A DNA stretch of 64,000 nucleotides from a bacterium (GTDB taxonomy: Bacteria > Patescibacteriota > Saccharimonadia > Saccharimonadales > AWTP1-31), in the NCBI GenBank assembly GCA_030426125.1, contig JAUHZB010000001.1, positions 94,583 to 158,582 of the forward strand. Direction: 5' to 3'. The translations under genes were made by a program, and so were the position numbers. Under the pieces are notes generated by a model. The model was not told the DNA's origin and searched no databases. It was given only the letters and a program-made list of their open reading frames with translations. How positions within the stretch are numbered: position 1 is the first letter of the stretch; each line of letters opens with the position of its first letter. Shown piece after piece: positions 31,491 through 43,873 of the stretch.

Positions 31491-32050
31491 TACTTTAGAA
31501 CCTCTTTTAGCGGTGGGTTATTTCGATCTTTGTCGGAGATTATCATGCCGGAACCTTCTTTGATCGGCCAATCTATATTCAGATCTGGGTCTAGTGGGTT
31601 GCAGGCTACACCAGGCATGTCTGGTTTCCATTCTTTCTCAAAGTAATAGAGATAGGTAGAGGGTTCATCACTAATTGACTGGAAAGAATTACCCAGGCCA
31701 CTGGAAACGAATAAGCCTTGGCCACGATTGAGTTCAAAACCTTGCCATTTACCAGCGGTTGGTGATTCTTTTCGAAGATCAACTATAACGGCGTAGATTT
31801 TACCACTTGCTACAGAGACCAGCTTATGGGCGAATTCAGCATGGATACCTCTCAATGCACCTTTTACGGTGCTAGGAGCATTGACTTGGGGTCGGTCTCC
31901 AAGCGAGGGTAGTCCACTGGCAAGGAAGTCTGACTCTCTATAAAACTCCATTACTGAACCACGGTCATCAAAGAATTGTTTAAAAGTAACAGTGTATAGT
32001 CCTTTTATTGATGTTTCATTTACTAGGAGCTTGCTTTGATTATCTGTCAT
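31490..32050 (-). CDS. rfbC: dTDP-4-dehydrorhamnose 3,5-epimerase
   Basis: DDRGSVME, GALRGIH, VDLRKESPT, DPDLNIDWP motifs. Confidence 0.92.
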   Translation of the reverse strand: MTDNQSKLLVNETSIKGLYTVTFKQFFDDRGSVMEFYRESDFLASGLPSLGDRPQVNAPSTVKGALRGIHAEFAHKLVSVASGKIYAVIVDLRKESPTAGKWQGFELNRGQGLFVSSGLGNSFQSISDEPSTYLYYFEKEWKPDMPGVACNPLDPDLNIDWPIKEGSGMIISDKDRNNPPLKEVLK

Positions 32051-32558
32051 TTAATCTCTCGATAAGTTTATTAACGGCTTGTTTTGCTTCCTGACTGCCT
32101 ATTTTATCCATTGGTATTTTATCAATATTGAACCACTTTACCGAATCTACATCATCCATAGATTGTATTTGAGTGTTATTTTGCAGTGTTGCTGTAAAGA
32201 TTATGGATATAACCGGAATCTCTTCTTCTTTATAGGGGTACAAGCCATAGGTAGATGTAAGGTAACAAAGGTTCGTGTATTGTTCGCTGTTAAGGTTTAG
32301 TTCTTCTTTTATTTCACGTCTTATGCATTCTTCAGCTGACTCATTGGGGTCAATAAAACCACCCGGAGTATCAAGCATTCCTTTGAAAGGTTCTAGTCCG
32401 CGAACTGCTAGGAGCACTCTGTTATTATCTGGATTAAGAAACAAGATTCCAGTAGCTGGAACTGGATTTTCGAAAATGGGGTGGGAGTTTTGGCAAACGA
32501 AGTGAGAAGCTTCTTTTATTAGTGATTCACCACAACGTCGGCAATATTTTATGATCAC
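32040..32558 (-). CDS. NUDIX hydrolase with N-terminal zinc ribbon
   Basis: YCRRCG...C; GGFIDPNESAEECIRREIKEE Nudix box. Confidence 0.88.
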   Translation of the reverse strand: MIIKYCRRCGESLIKEASHFVCQNSHPIFENPVPATGILFLNPDNNRVLLAVRGLEPFKGMLDTPGGFIDPNESAEECIRREIKEELNLNSEQYTNLCYLTSTYGLYPYKEEEIPVISIIFTATLQNNTQIQSMDDVDSVKWFNIDKIPMDKIGSQEAKQAVNKLIERLNDR

Positions 32559-32573
32559 AACACTGGCCTGTAT

Positions 32574-34947
<2,374 letters not shown>

Positions 34948-35028
34948 TCCGGCCCCTTTCAGACTTAAGTTTAACGACTAACCGATGTTATGTAAATCTG
35001 TAACAGATGGTATATAATTAATGTAATT

Positions 35029-35454
35029 ATGGTTCTTTCAATAAAGCATAAAATAAACAAGCTTCGAACCCCTTCAAAAAAAACAGGTGGGTTACCGGTA
35101 AGCCTCAGAACTTACGCTGATGAGCTAGAATATGCCGTAAAGAAAAAGACTCAGCAACTGAAATCATTCTTAGAAGAAGAGGCTATTCAAGAATGGAAGC
35201 ACTGGGCTTTAATCGAAAATGCTTTTCCTTATAGTAGCGTCTTTAAGGTTAATCATATGCTAATACCGAAAAGGGAAGTAGATAAAGCAGGGCTGAATAG
35301 AAAAGAGTGGAGCGAACTAGAGTTAATCTTAGAAGAACTAAGCGATATCTACGATTGCCACCTAACTAATTTTCCTGGTAAACAATCTCGAAAAAATCAC
35401 TTTCATATCCATATGTTAATTTACAAAGATAAACGTAGCGAAATACGTATTTAG
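35029..35454 (+). CDS. HIT-like protein
   Basis: NAFPY, HMLIPKR and C-terminal HFHIH triad. Confidence 0.7.
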   Translation: MVLSIKHKINKLRTPSKKTGGLPVSLRTYADELEYAVKKKTQQLKSFLEEEAIQEWKHWALIENAFPYSSVFKVNHMLIPKREVDKAGLNRKEWSELELILEELSDIYDCHLTNFPGKQSRKNHFHIHMLIYKDKRSEIRI

Positions 35455-35464
35455 TCCAACAAAC

Positions 35465-36973
35465 GTGAGTATAAAAAAATCTCTCTCTGCCTTATCTGAT
35501 TTTGTTTACCGATTCGTTGGCAGTGATAAGTTTTTCTATCTGGTAATTGCCTTTCTTATTATTAACTCAGCATGGTTAATATTTAGTGCAGTTTATCCAA
35601 TGCCTTTTGATGAATTTGCTCATGTAGGCGCTATTCAGATTTATTCAGAGCAATTTTCACCAGTTGTAACAGAACAGAGCATAAATACTGGCATAATTGG
35701 TGATATTACTAGAAATCCATCATTTCTATACTACTGGTTGATGAGTTTCCCATTTAGAGCTGTAGATAGTTTCTTGAGTTTTAATCAGGCAGTTATGTTT
35801 ATTAGGTTACTAAACCTTGCAATGGTTGTAGGCGGTGTATATATCTTCCGAAAGCTACTACTGGAATGGAAGTTGTCGAGTAGAGTAGTTAATGTTGTTT
35901 TGTTGGCATTTATAGCTACTCCAATAGTGCCGTTTTTAAGTGCTCACGTTAATTACGATAATTTTATGTTCTTATTAACTCCGGTTGTCCTGCTGTATGC
36001 TTCACGTTTAATTGCTAGCAATAAAAACCTGATACTTAATCTTTTAGCGTTATATTTTTTTGGTTTGACGGCCACTATAGCTAAACAAACCTTCCTTCCA
36101 ATACTTCTATTAATTGTCGGTTATGTTTCAGTGGTGGTTATTGCTAGGAACTGGAAGCAGTGGAGCGCTTATAGGTATCAGTGGCAAAAGACTTCAAAGA
36201 ACTTTATTTTCTACCTGTTGTTAACCGCTTCTTTAGTTGTTAGTGTTCTGGCAGTAGAACGGTATGGTCGAAATTTTGTGGATTATGGGACCTATCGTCC
36301 TGGCTGTCAGGAGGTTCAATCAGTTGAATTTTGTGAGCAGTTTGGTCCATGGTATCGAAATAAAGTTTTCAATGTTGAGAATCGACCAGATCAACCACCA
36401 TATGGAAATCCTATTAGTTATAGTCAATACTGGGCAACTCGAATGGCTAGAGGATATTTTGCTATATTCCACCACAACCCTAGTGAGGTCGTTTCAGAGA
36501 GAGAACCTTACGGACCAATTCAAACTAAACCGCTATTGCCCATACCAATAAATATTGCTGTGATGTTTATGTTAGCGGGTGTCTTAGCTTGCGTAGTGGC
36601 TGGTAGGCGGGTATGGCAAAATAGGTATTTGAGATTTGGTTTAATAATAACCGTCGGTTATATTATTATTCTTTGGTTTTTTAATTATTCCAGTTATTTA
36701 CGTTTATGGAAGGCTGAAGCAATACAAGCACGCTACACCTTGCCATTATTAATATTGCTATTTGCTTTTATTGGGCAAACTCTTAACTTGGCAATTTCCA
36801 GCAAAGGAAAAAAGGTTGCACTGGTAGTTATTTTGATTGCTTTCTATGTTTATGGTGGTGGAAGTGCTGGATGGTTACTTAGAGCGGAGGATGGTTGGTA
36901 TTGGCAGACCCAAATAAATAGGACTGTTAATGACCGCGTTAGGACATTCTTAAGTAGAGCAGTGGTTCATTAG
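35465..36973 (+). CDS. GT-C fold membrane glycosyltransferase (paralog of 18037..19425)
   Basis: PFDEFAH, VNYDN, QARY motifs and a Cys pair in the large outer loop, as in the paralog. Confidence 0.75.
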   Translation: MSIKKSLSALSDFVYRFVGSDKFFYLVIAFLIINSAWLIFSAVYPMPFDEFAHVGAIQIYSEQFSPVVTEQSINTGIIGDITRNPSFLYYWLMSFPFRAVDSFLSFNQAVMFIRLLNLAMVVGGVYIFRKLLLEWKLSSRVVNVVLLAFIATPIVPFLSAHVNYDNFMFLLTPVVLLYASRLIASNKNLILNLLALYFFGLTATIAKQTFLPILLLIVGYVSVVVIARNWKQWSAYRYQWQKTSKNFIFYLLLTASLVVSVLAVERYGRNFVDYGTYRPGCQEVQSVEFCEQFGPWYRNKVFNVENRPDQPPYGNPISYSQYWATRMARGYFAIFHHNPSEVVSEREPYGPIQTKPLLPIPINIAVMFMLAGVLACVVAGRRVWQNRYLRFGLIITVGYIIILWFFNYSSYLRLWKAEAIQARYTLPLLILLFAFIGQTLNLAISSKGKKVALVVILIAFYVYGGGSAGWLLRAEDGWYWQTQINRTVNDRVRTFLSRAVVH

Positions 36974-36986
36974 GGTCTATGTTTAG

Positions 36987-38102
36987 TTATAACTCAGACA
37001 TTTTTCTACTGAATTCTTGAGAGGAAAACTGTTTAGCGCTTTGTCTTATTGTATTTTTATCCCAGCTGAGTTTATTGAACTGCTTAATTGCGTAGCTTAA
37101 GCTCTGAACTGTCTGTTTTTCGAATAACAGGCCATTTTCTTTTGGTTTAATAAAGTCTAGCGCCCCACCAGCGGCGTAGGCTATTACAGGAATTCCTGAT
37201 GCTAGCGCTTCAACCGGAGCTATGCCAAAGTCTTCCTCGGCAGCAAAAATAAAGGCCTTGGAATTCGCTAGTAGTTCATTTACTTGTTGATCGCTAACAT
37301 TATCTAAAACCTCAACACTACTAGTTGGTTCATTAGCCATTTGTTTTAGTTTTGTGTGTTCAGGTCCTCCGCCAATCACTTTGAGTTTAATATTCAGTTG
37401 TTGGCAAGTTTGCACTATTAGATCAGTCTTTTTGTAGGCCGTTTGTCGACCAACTGTTATGAAGTATTCTGTTTTGTTTTTGTCCTTATCTTTTGTTTGA
37501 TTCGAATTAGCCTGGCTAAAGCGCTCGATGTTTACTGGTGGGTGGATAATAACTGAATCTCTATTGTAATACTTTCTAATGTCGGATTGGATATGGCTAG
37601 ATATGGCTATAAATTGATCAGGCCTTTGAGCTGCTCGGTAGTCTAGTGCTCTAAGTGGTTTTACTAGTACCATAAGACCAAGCCGAGCTAGGGGGTTAAA
37701 TAGCCCAAAGCCTGGATTGTCTAGGTAGGTCTGGTAATGACGCCAGTAGAAGTGAGTAGGGGTGAAGCAATAACATATATGTTTAGTATGCATAGCTACT
37801 TTTATATGCTTAGCTTCACCATTGCCAGTGCAGCTAATGACAGTATCGAAGTCATTAAGACGCAGTGATCTATAGTAAAAAATTCGGAGTGGGCCAATAT
37901 ATTTGCGTAGTGCGGAAAAAGGCCAGTGCTGCAACCAACCAGTTACAACTTTATTGTCTAGTTTATTCCGCCACTCTTCAGTGCAGTAGGAGGCGTATAT
38001 TGGAGCTTCTGGATACAACTCATGAAGCTGTTCAACAACTCGTTCGGCACCCCCACCAATTATCCAGTCGGCAACTATTGCTATATTTTTCTGATTCTTC
38101 AT
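36987..38102 (-). CDS. GT4 family glycosyltransferase (WbaZ-like)
   Basis: GGAERV and EEDFGIAPVEALASG motifs. Confidence 0.9.
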   Translation of the reverse strand: MKNQKNIAIVADWIIGGGAERVVEQLHELYPEAPIYASYCTEEWRNKLDNKVVTGWLQHWPFSALRKYIGPLRIFYYRSLRLNDFDTVISCTGNGEAKHIKVAMHTKHICYCFTPTHFYWRHYQTYLDNPGFGLFNPLARLGLMVLVKPLRALDYRAAQRPDQFIAISSHIQSDIRKYYNRDSVIIHPPVNIERFSQANSNQTKDKDKNKTEYFITVGRQTAYKKTDLIVQTCQQLNIKLKVIGGGPEHTKLKQMANEPTSSVEVLDNVSDQQVNELLANSKAFIFAAEEDFGIAPVEALASGIPVIAYAAGGALDFIKPKENGLLFEKQTVQSLSYAIKQFNKLSWDKNTIRQSAKQFSSQEFSRKMSEL

Positions 38103-38148
38103 AGGTCTGTTTTTAAGTATAACCTATAAGTGTTAGACTATCTTGAGA

Positions 38149-38790
38149 TTATTGAACTGTGAAATTTATACTGTCTGTTCCAGATATTAGCCTGAAATCT
38201 TTAAGTGAAAGATTTTCAACAGTATAGAATAGTGCTGCATCTACAGTTTCACCTGGTTGGATGGTCTGATTCGTCAGTTTGTTGTAGCCACTTGGGATAT
38301 CGCTTGTTGGGACTTGTGTAGTCGGCTTGTAAGTACGGTTACCCGAGTCTTTTATTAGTATTGAATCTGTAATGACATATAATTCTTTATCACTATTATT
38401 AGTAATTTTCATCCGTACAGCTACACCTTCATCTGGTGTATTTATTGCTCCAGCAATATTGAATCGAGCTGAGTCGGTGAGACTTATATCTAACTTAGCT
38501 TTATTGTCTGAGGCTTCTTCATTTGACTCATTTGAATCGCTGGATTCTTTAAGCTCATCATAGCTAGCCTGAAGTGCTTTAAGTGATTCGTTTAGTTCGT
38601 TGGTTTGTTGCTCCAGATCTGATACACGGTTATTTGCGGCATTTAACTGATCGTTTTGCCATTTATATATTCCATAAAAACCCCCAGCGATTAGTAATAT
38701 GGCAACTAAGGCTACTAGGATTTTTTTAGATTTGTTATTTGATTTATTTGGTTGCTGAACTTCTGCTTTAGGTTTAGCTGATTCTTCCAT
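38149..38790 (-). CDS. Membrane-anchored coiled-coil protein with Ig-like (DUF4352-like) domain
   Basis: TM helix, heptad coil, ITNNSDK...IKDSGNRTY...IQPGETV. Confidence 0.65.
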   Translation of the reverse strand: MEESAKPKAEVQQPNKSNNKSKKILVALVAILLIAGGFYGIYKWQNDQLNAANNRVSDLEQQTNELNESLKALQASYDELKESSDSNESNEEASDNKAKLDISLTDSARFNIAGAINTPDEGVAVRMKITNNSDKELYVITDSILIKDSGNRTYKPTTQVPTSDIPSGYNKLTNQTIQPGETVDAALFYTVENLSLKDFRLISGTDSINFTVQ

Positions 38791-38852
38791 TGCTAGTAGT
38801 ATATTAAAATGCTAATGTTATTGTAAAGTTCAAATTGGATGTAAGTTTCGAC

Positions 38853-40286
38853 TTAGGATTCAAATATTCCATCAACAACAGTTCTTAGTGTTTTAAACAG
38901 AATGGTGACGTCAAGCCAGAAGCTCCAGTTTTGTACATAGTAAGTGTCTAAGCGACGACGCTCTTCAAAGCTAATATTACGCCTTCCAGATATCTGAGCT
39001 AGTCCGGTTAAGCCAGATTTTACACTTAAAATGGTATGTTTTTTATCGTAGGCGTCTAATTCGCTAGGCACCAAGGCTCTTGGGCCAACAAGACTGAGAT
39101 CGCCTTTAAAAACGTTAAATAACTGTGGCAGTTCATCTAGGCTAGTTCTTCTAATAAACTTACCGACAGTCGTAACCCGAAAGTCATCTTCCAGTTTATC
39201 GCCATTTTTCCGATATTCTTCTAGTAGTTCTGGCTTGCCGATCATCTTAAAGACTTCTTCATCAGTTTTGCCATCGAACTTAGCGTAGTGTGATCGAAAT
39301 TTATATACTTTAATTACTTGATTAAATCTAGTCAGTCTTTTTTGAGCGTTTCCTTTCATTAGAATCGGACCTTTCCGGTCGCCAAGTTTAACAGCAATGG
39401 CTGTTAGCAACATTAGGGGGCTAAAGATAACTATTAAGATTATCGAAGAAAATATGTCAAAAATTCTTTTAGCGATTCGGCCCCAACCAATTAATGCTGT
39501 TTGGTGAACCGCAATAACTGGTATTGAGCCACTAAATAAATCTACTTCAATATTACCGACGAATAGATCGCTATTTCCCGGTACAAAGCGGTATGCCGCG
39601 TGATTGGTTTGAGCAAAGCGTAGGACTTGATCGTTTTTATGCCTATCTTTGTATAGCTCTGTTTGGATAATGCTTTGAATAGGGTGGCCAATTTTCTGCA
39701 ACGCTGTTTTGAAGTCTTTGTATGTTTTGTAATCTTTGGTGTTAGAGCCAACAATACCTAGTACTCTCTGACCGCTAATTTTACTGTCTTTGATTCCATC
39801 AGCAATTTCTATAGATCTTTTAGTGTCTCCAACAATTAGAACATTACTAACTCCAATTCCGTAGGAATAAAGGAATGTCTTAATTTTTCTAGCTAAGGTT
39901 CGGAACAGGAGCAGGAAAACAAAACCCAATATAAATCCATAAACTGGGACAAGGCGGGCAGGGAATAAACTACCATCGGTAACAAAGTCATAGCCAATTA
40001 CCACTAATATTCCCAGGAAGCTACCAATTATTAAGCGACCTAGTTCTTTGAAGCGTTTGTCATAAATTTTCTGAGAGTAGAGATCGATCAGGGCATGCAC
40101 TCCAATCCAGAGTGGTAGAACACTAAACATAGCAATGAAGTAATCTTTGGCAGCTATTGGTTCGATTAATGAACGGGTGTCTACTTTAACGCGTAGAATG
40201 TAGGCTAGACTAAAAGCAAGAAGTAAGGTTAAAAAGTCGCCGATAACTAAAATTACAGCGTAACCTATGGCGGCGTTATTTTTCAT
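38853..40286 (-). CDS. Priming polyprenyl-phosphate sugar-1-phosphate transferase (WcaJ/WbaP family)
   Basis: KRIFD, YKFRS, RRTSLDELPQLFNV, SLVGPR, GLTGLAQ motifs. Confidence 0.93.
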   Translation of the reverse strand: MKNNAAIGYAVILVIGDFLTLLLAFSLAYILRVKVDTRSLIEPIAAKDYFIAMFSVLPLWIGVHALIDLYSQKIYDKRFKELGRLIIGSFLGILVVIGYDFVTDGSLFPARLVPVYGFILGFVFLLLFRTLARKIKTFLYSYGIGVSNVLIVGDTKRSIEIADGIKDSKISGQRVLGIVGSNTKDYKTYKDFKTALQKIGHPIQSIIQTELYKDRHKNDQVLRFAQTNHAAYRFVPGNSDLFVGNIEVDLFSGSIPVIAVHQTALIGWGRIAKRIFDIFSSIILIVIFSPLMLLTAIAVKLGDRKGPILMKGNAQKRLTRFNQVIKVYKFRSHYAKFDGKTDEEVFKMIGKPELLEEYRKNGDKLEDDFRVTTVGKFIRRTSLDELPQLFNVFKGDLSLVGPRALVPSELDAYDKKHTILSVKSGLTGLAQISGRRNISFEERRRLDTYYVQNWSFWLDVTILFKTLRTVVDGIFES

Positions 40287-40393
40287 AACCCTATTCTAAC
40301 ACCTATTAGTCCCCAACTACTTAGATAATTCGATACTTATTAAAACATAGAAGATAGTATGTGTTACAATTTGTAGCAATCTAAGGAGGGGCT

Positions 40394-41875
40394 ATGGCAG
40401 GCTTAGATAGAGATATATTCTTTGATCCAGAATTTCGTCGAGGCGAAATGCTAACTTACGGCGATATATCCATTTACCCAGGGTTAAGTGACTTCGATAA
40501 AGGTGATGTTGACATTGCTGGCAAGTTTTCTAGAGAACTACCTCTAAATGTTCCAATGGTGAGCGCTGCGATGGATACGGTAACTACTGCTCCGATGGCA
40601 ATTGCTATGGCTAAACTGGGTGGTTTGGGGGTTATTCATGCTGCTATGGGGGTGGATGAGCAGTATAAGGAGGTGAGAGCCGTAAAATTACAGTTAAGCT
40701 CCAAGATAGAGAAACCGATAACCGTTAATGAAGATAGTACAGTTGGTGATGTGTTACAGATGTGCGATGAAAGAGGCTTTTCATTCAGGACCTTCCCGGT
40801 AGTTGATGATAATGGGGTTTTTCAAGGTTTACTAGGCCAGAAGGATTTCGATTTTGCACTTGGCCAGCATGATGCCTTGGTATCCGAGGTGATGCTGGGT
40901 GCAAAAGATGTAGTTAAGGGTAAAGTTGACACCGACAGCCAACAAGCCTTTGAGCTCATGAAGCCAGAAAAGGTGAAGACATTGCCACTTATTAATGATC
41001 AAGGCAGACCAACTGCCATGTATATGCTATCTGATGTGGTTCGAGAATTATCTGGAAATCCAGATCAATATAATCTTGATGCTGATGGTAGGCTTCGGGT
41101 TGCTGCAGCCGTTTCAACCAGCTCCTCGATGCTTGAAAGGGTAGAACGGCTTCACTCGGTGGTCGATGCAATTGTTATTGATACTGCACAGGGTGATGGC
41201 CCATATGCTCGGGCTGCCTTCGATGAGTTTAGAAGCACGTTCCCAAACATTCAACTAGTTATTGGGAATATTTCTAATGGTGATTCAGCCAAATATTTTG
41301 CTGATCGTGGTGCAGATGGTATTAAGGTGGGTCAGGGTCCTGGTTCAATATGTACAACGAGAGATGAGACAGGTATGGGTGTAACCCAAGCTACTGCAGT
41401 TTATGAATGCGAGAAAGCGGTACGGGGTTCAGGTATTCCTATATGTGCCGACGGGGGAATTGTAAAGCCTGGGGATGTCTCAAAAGCTATTGCTCTAGGG
41501 GCGTCTTCGGTGATGATGGGCAGAATGCTCGGTGGCTCAAAAGAGGCGCCAGGTGAGCCAGAACTGGAAAAAGACGGCCGTATGGTTAAATACTTCAGAG
41601 GTATGGGGTCAGCGGCTGCCATGCGAGATAGTGAAGCAGCCAGAACGCGGTACGGTGGTGATGATTCTAGTAATAGTCCAGTACCGGAGGGTGTAGAGAG
41701 CCGAATCCCCTACACTGGTCCAGTCCAAGATATTATCCATCATTTAGTTGGTTCGCTAAAGCGGGGTTTCAGTTATGTTGGTTCAGGAGATCTGGAAACC
41801 CATCGTACTAAGACAAAATTTGGGAAAATGACTTCAGAGGGTAGTCGAGAGTCTAGTCCTCACGATATTTACTAG
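40394..41875 (+). CDS. guaB: IMP dehydrogenase with CBS pair
   Basis: SAAMDTVT, KVGQGPGSICTTR (catalytic Cys), ADGG, RGMGS, PEGVE; strong SD AAGGAGG. Confidence 0.95.
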   Translation: MAGLDRDIFFDPEFRRGEMLTYGDISIYPGLSDFDKGDVDIAGKFSRELPLNVPMVSAAMDTVTTAPMAIAMAKLGGLGVIHAAMGVDEQYKEVRAVKLQLSSKIEKPITVNEDSTVGDVLQMCDERGFSFRTFPVVDDNGVFQGLLGQKDFDFALGQHDALVSEVMLGAKDVVKGKVDTDSQQAFELMKPEKVKTLPLINDQGRPTAMYMLSDVVRELSGNPDQYNLDADGRLRVAAAVSTSSSMLERVERLHSVVDAIVIDTAQGDGPYARAAFDEFRSTFPNIQLVIGNISNGDSAKYFADRGADGIKVGQGPGSICTTRDETGMGVTQATAVYECEKAVRGSGIPICADGGIVKPGDVSKAIALGASSVMMGRMLGGSKEAPGEPELEKDGRMVKYFRGMGSAAAMRDSEAARTRYGGDDSSNSPVPEGVESRIPYTGPVQDIIHHLVGSLKRGFSYVGSGDLETHRTKTKFGKMTSEGSRESSPHDIY

Positions 41876-41889
41876 TCTTTTAAATTCAC

Positions 41890-43188
41890 TTATTTGTTAC
41901 GGATAATTACTTCGTCGCGACCTGGTCCAACGCCGATCATAGTGATTGGGGTCTCTGTTTCACTTTCAATAAATTCAATGTAATCTTTAGCTTTAGTTGG
42001 AAGATCGTCAAACTCTCTTATTCCAGACACGTCTTCTTCCCAAGTCGGAAGTTGTTCATATATTGGCTTCGATTGCTCAATCTTATACGCGGCATCTGGG
42101 CTGACTTCTAGAACTTTGCCTTTACGTAGGTATCCTGTACATATCAATATTTGCTCACCGAATCTAGGAACCCAGTCTAGTTTAGTTAAAGCCATTTCAG
42201 TAGTTCCATTTACCATTTGAGCTCTCTTTATTGCCGCTAGGTCTAAGTGTCCTAGTCGACGTTCACGTCCGGTAGTTGTACCAACTTCTGAATCAACATT
42301 GGTTTTTGATCCATGTAGTCTGTCTAGTAATTCTGGGTCATCTATTTCAGTAGCGAAAGGGCCACCACCAACATGGGACTGGACAGCTTTAGATACTCCA
42401 ACCACTCTATTTAGATGGTGGTAGGGCACACCAAGCCCGGTAAAAATACCGCCAGTGGTGGTTGTTGACGATGTTGTTGCTGGGTACATGCCGTGGTCTA
42501 CATCGAGTAAATAGGCTTGTGCACCTTCGGCTAGAACTGAAGCTCCATCTTTGAGCCTAGTGTTTAGGTAATACGAAGTATCGGTTGTGTACTTGGATAG
42601 CTCCAATGCTTTGGACATAAATTCAATTGCTAAATTATTTAGATTGATTGGACCAAGACCTAGTTCTGATCGTTTTTTGCTGGCATCTTCCAAGCCGGAT
42701 ACCACGGCTCTCACGAGACCATCTGGATCGTTTTCGATCGACTCCATTCGGTATCCTTGTCGCATGGCTTTATCAGCATATACGGGTGCTATACCAGATT
42801 TTGTAGTGCCCTGAGCTGAGCTAGAGCCTTCTCGTAGCTCATCTATAGATATGTGATGTGGCAGAATTAGGTGAGCGGCTGAACTAATTAGTAAATTTTC
42901 TTCAGATATTTCAATGCCTTCATTTCGAATATCTTCGATTTCTTGCACTAACTTAATAGGATCAATTACTGCACCGTTTCCAATAACATTCATTTTGTCA
43001 GGATAGGCTACACCGGATGGTATGCCGTGAAGAGCCAAGTCTCGTCCATCTGGGAGAACGACTGTATGTCCTGCGTTCGGACCACCACCGAAACGGGCCA
43101 CAATTTCATGGTCTTCGGTAAGCATGTCGGCAAATCTTCCTTTACCTTCATCTCCTCTTTGTTCTCCTAATACGGCAGTTATTGGCAT
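41890..43188 (-). CDS. purA: Adenylosuccinate synthetase
   Basis: GEQRGDEGKG, GGPNAGHT, EGAQ, GTTTGRERR, TKLD, GVGP motifs. Confidence 0.96.
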   Translation of the reverse strand: MPITAVLGEQRGDEGKGRFADMLTEDHEIVARFGGGPNAGHTVVLPDGRDLALHGIPSGVAYPDKMNVIGNGAVIDPIKLVQEIEDIRNEGIEISEENLLISSAAHLILPHHISIDELREGSSSAQGTTKSGIAPVYADKAMRQGYRMESIENDPDGLVRAVVSGLEDASKKRSELGLGPINLNNLAIEFMSKALELSKYTTDTSYYLNTRLKDGASVLAEGAQAYLLDVDHGMYPATTSSTTTTGGIFTGLGVPYHHLNRVVGVSKAVQSHVGGGPFATEIDDPELLDRLHGSKTNVDSEVGTTTGRERRLGHLDLAAIKRAQMVNGTTEMALTKLDWVPRFGEQILICTGYLRKGKVLEVSPDAAYKIEQSKPIYEQLPTWEEDVSGIREFDDLPTKAKDYIEFIESETETPITMIGVGPGRDEVIIRNK

Positions 43189-43243
43189 GACTAGCTAATA
43201 TTAAGCTATAGGTACCCCTGAAGCAAGCTTAAGTGATTTACTT

Positions 43244-43696
43244 TTATTTTTTTCGCTTTTTTTTCTTAAGTTTGGAAGTGTTTTCCGGAAAGACCCATAG
43301 TTTGTACCAGAAATAGTTCCAGACGGTAAATAACCCAGAAGCCACAAACTGACCAATGTAAGGAGTTAAGCCGTTATTCTTTAGGAAGTTTACAATTAGA
43401 TAATCCAACCCAAAGTTAACCAGAGTTATAAAGATATAGCGGCCAGTTACTTTAGTTTTATACTTTGATAGTTGTTTGTTATTAAATACCCAGTAGCGCT
43501 GAAGAAGGTAATTTACCGTCCAGCCAATAATGTTGGCTAGGAGCTTGGCCCAGAACAGATTCAGGCCAATTAACTGGTCACAGATGAAAAAGACTATATA
43601 ACCACTCCAAAAGTAAGCCCCACCACTTACTAGGTACTCAGCAATTCTTAGCAATTCACTTTTTTTACTATTTCTACTAGCTTGTTTTTTAACCAT
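43244..43696 (-). CDS. GtrA-family lipid-linked sugar flippase
   Basis: Four TM helices; NYLLQRYWVF and WNYFWYKLWVF motifs. Confidence 0.85.
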   Translation of the reverse strand: MVKKQASRNSKKSELLRIAEYLVSGGAYFWSGYIVFFICDQLIGLNLFWAKLLANIIGWTVNYLLQRYWVFNNKQLSKYKTKVTGRYIFITLVNFGLDYLIVNFLKNNGLTPYIGQFVASGLFTVWNYFWYKLWVFPENTSKLKKKKRKK

Positions 43697-43873
43697 TACC
43701 AATTAGTATATATGAAAATACGATGTTTTTTCATTCAGTAATATTTCAGGATTAATTGACTATAGTGTTAGTAGGTATTCATTTAAAACGTAATAATTAA
43801 CGTCACGAATGGTATATTTATTTTAACAATTTAATCTGTTGATGGATGCTAATTATGCTATAATTCTCTAGAT

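Noticed and set aside
40287..40393. Possible purine riboswitch before guaB
   Set aside because: The -10 element lies about 23 nt from the start, leaving no room, and no aptamer consensus is present.
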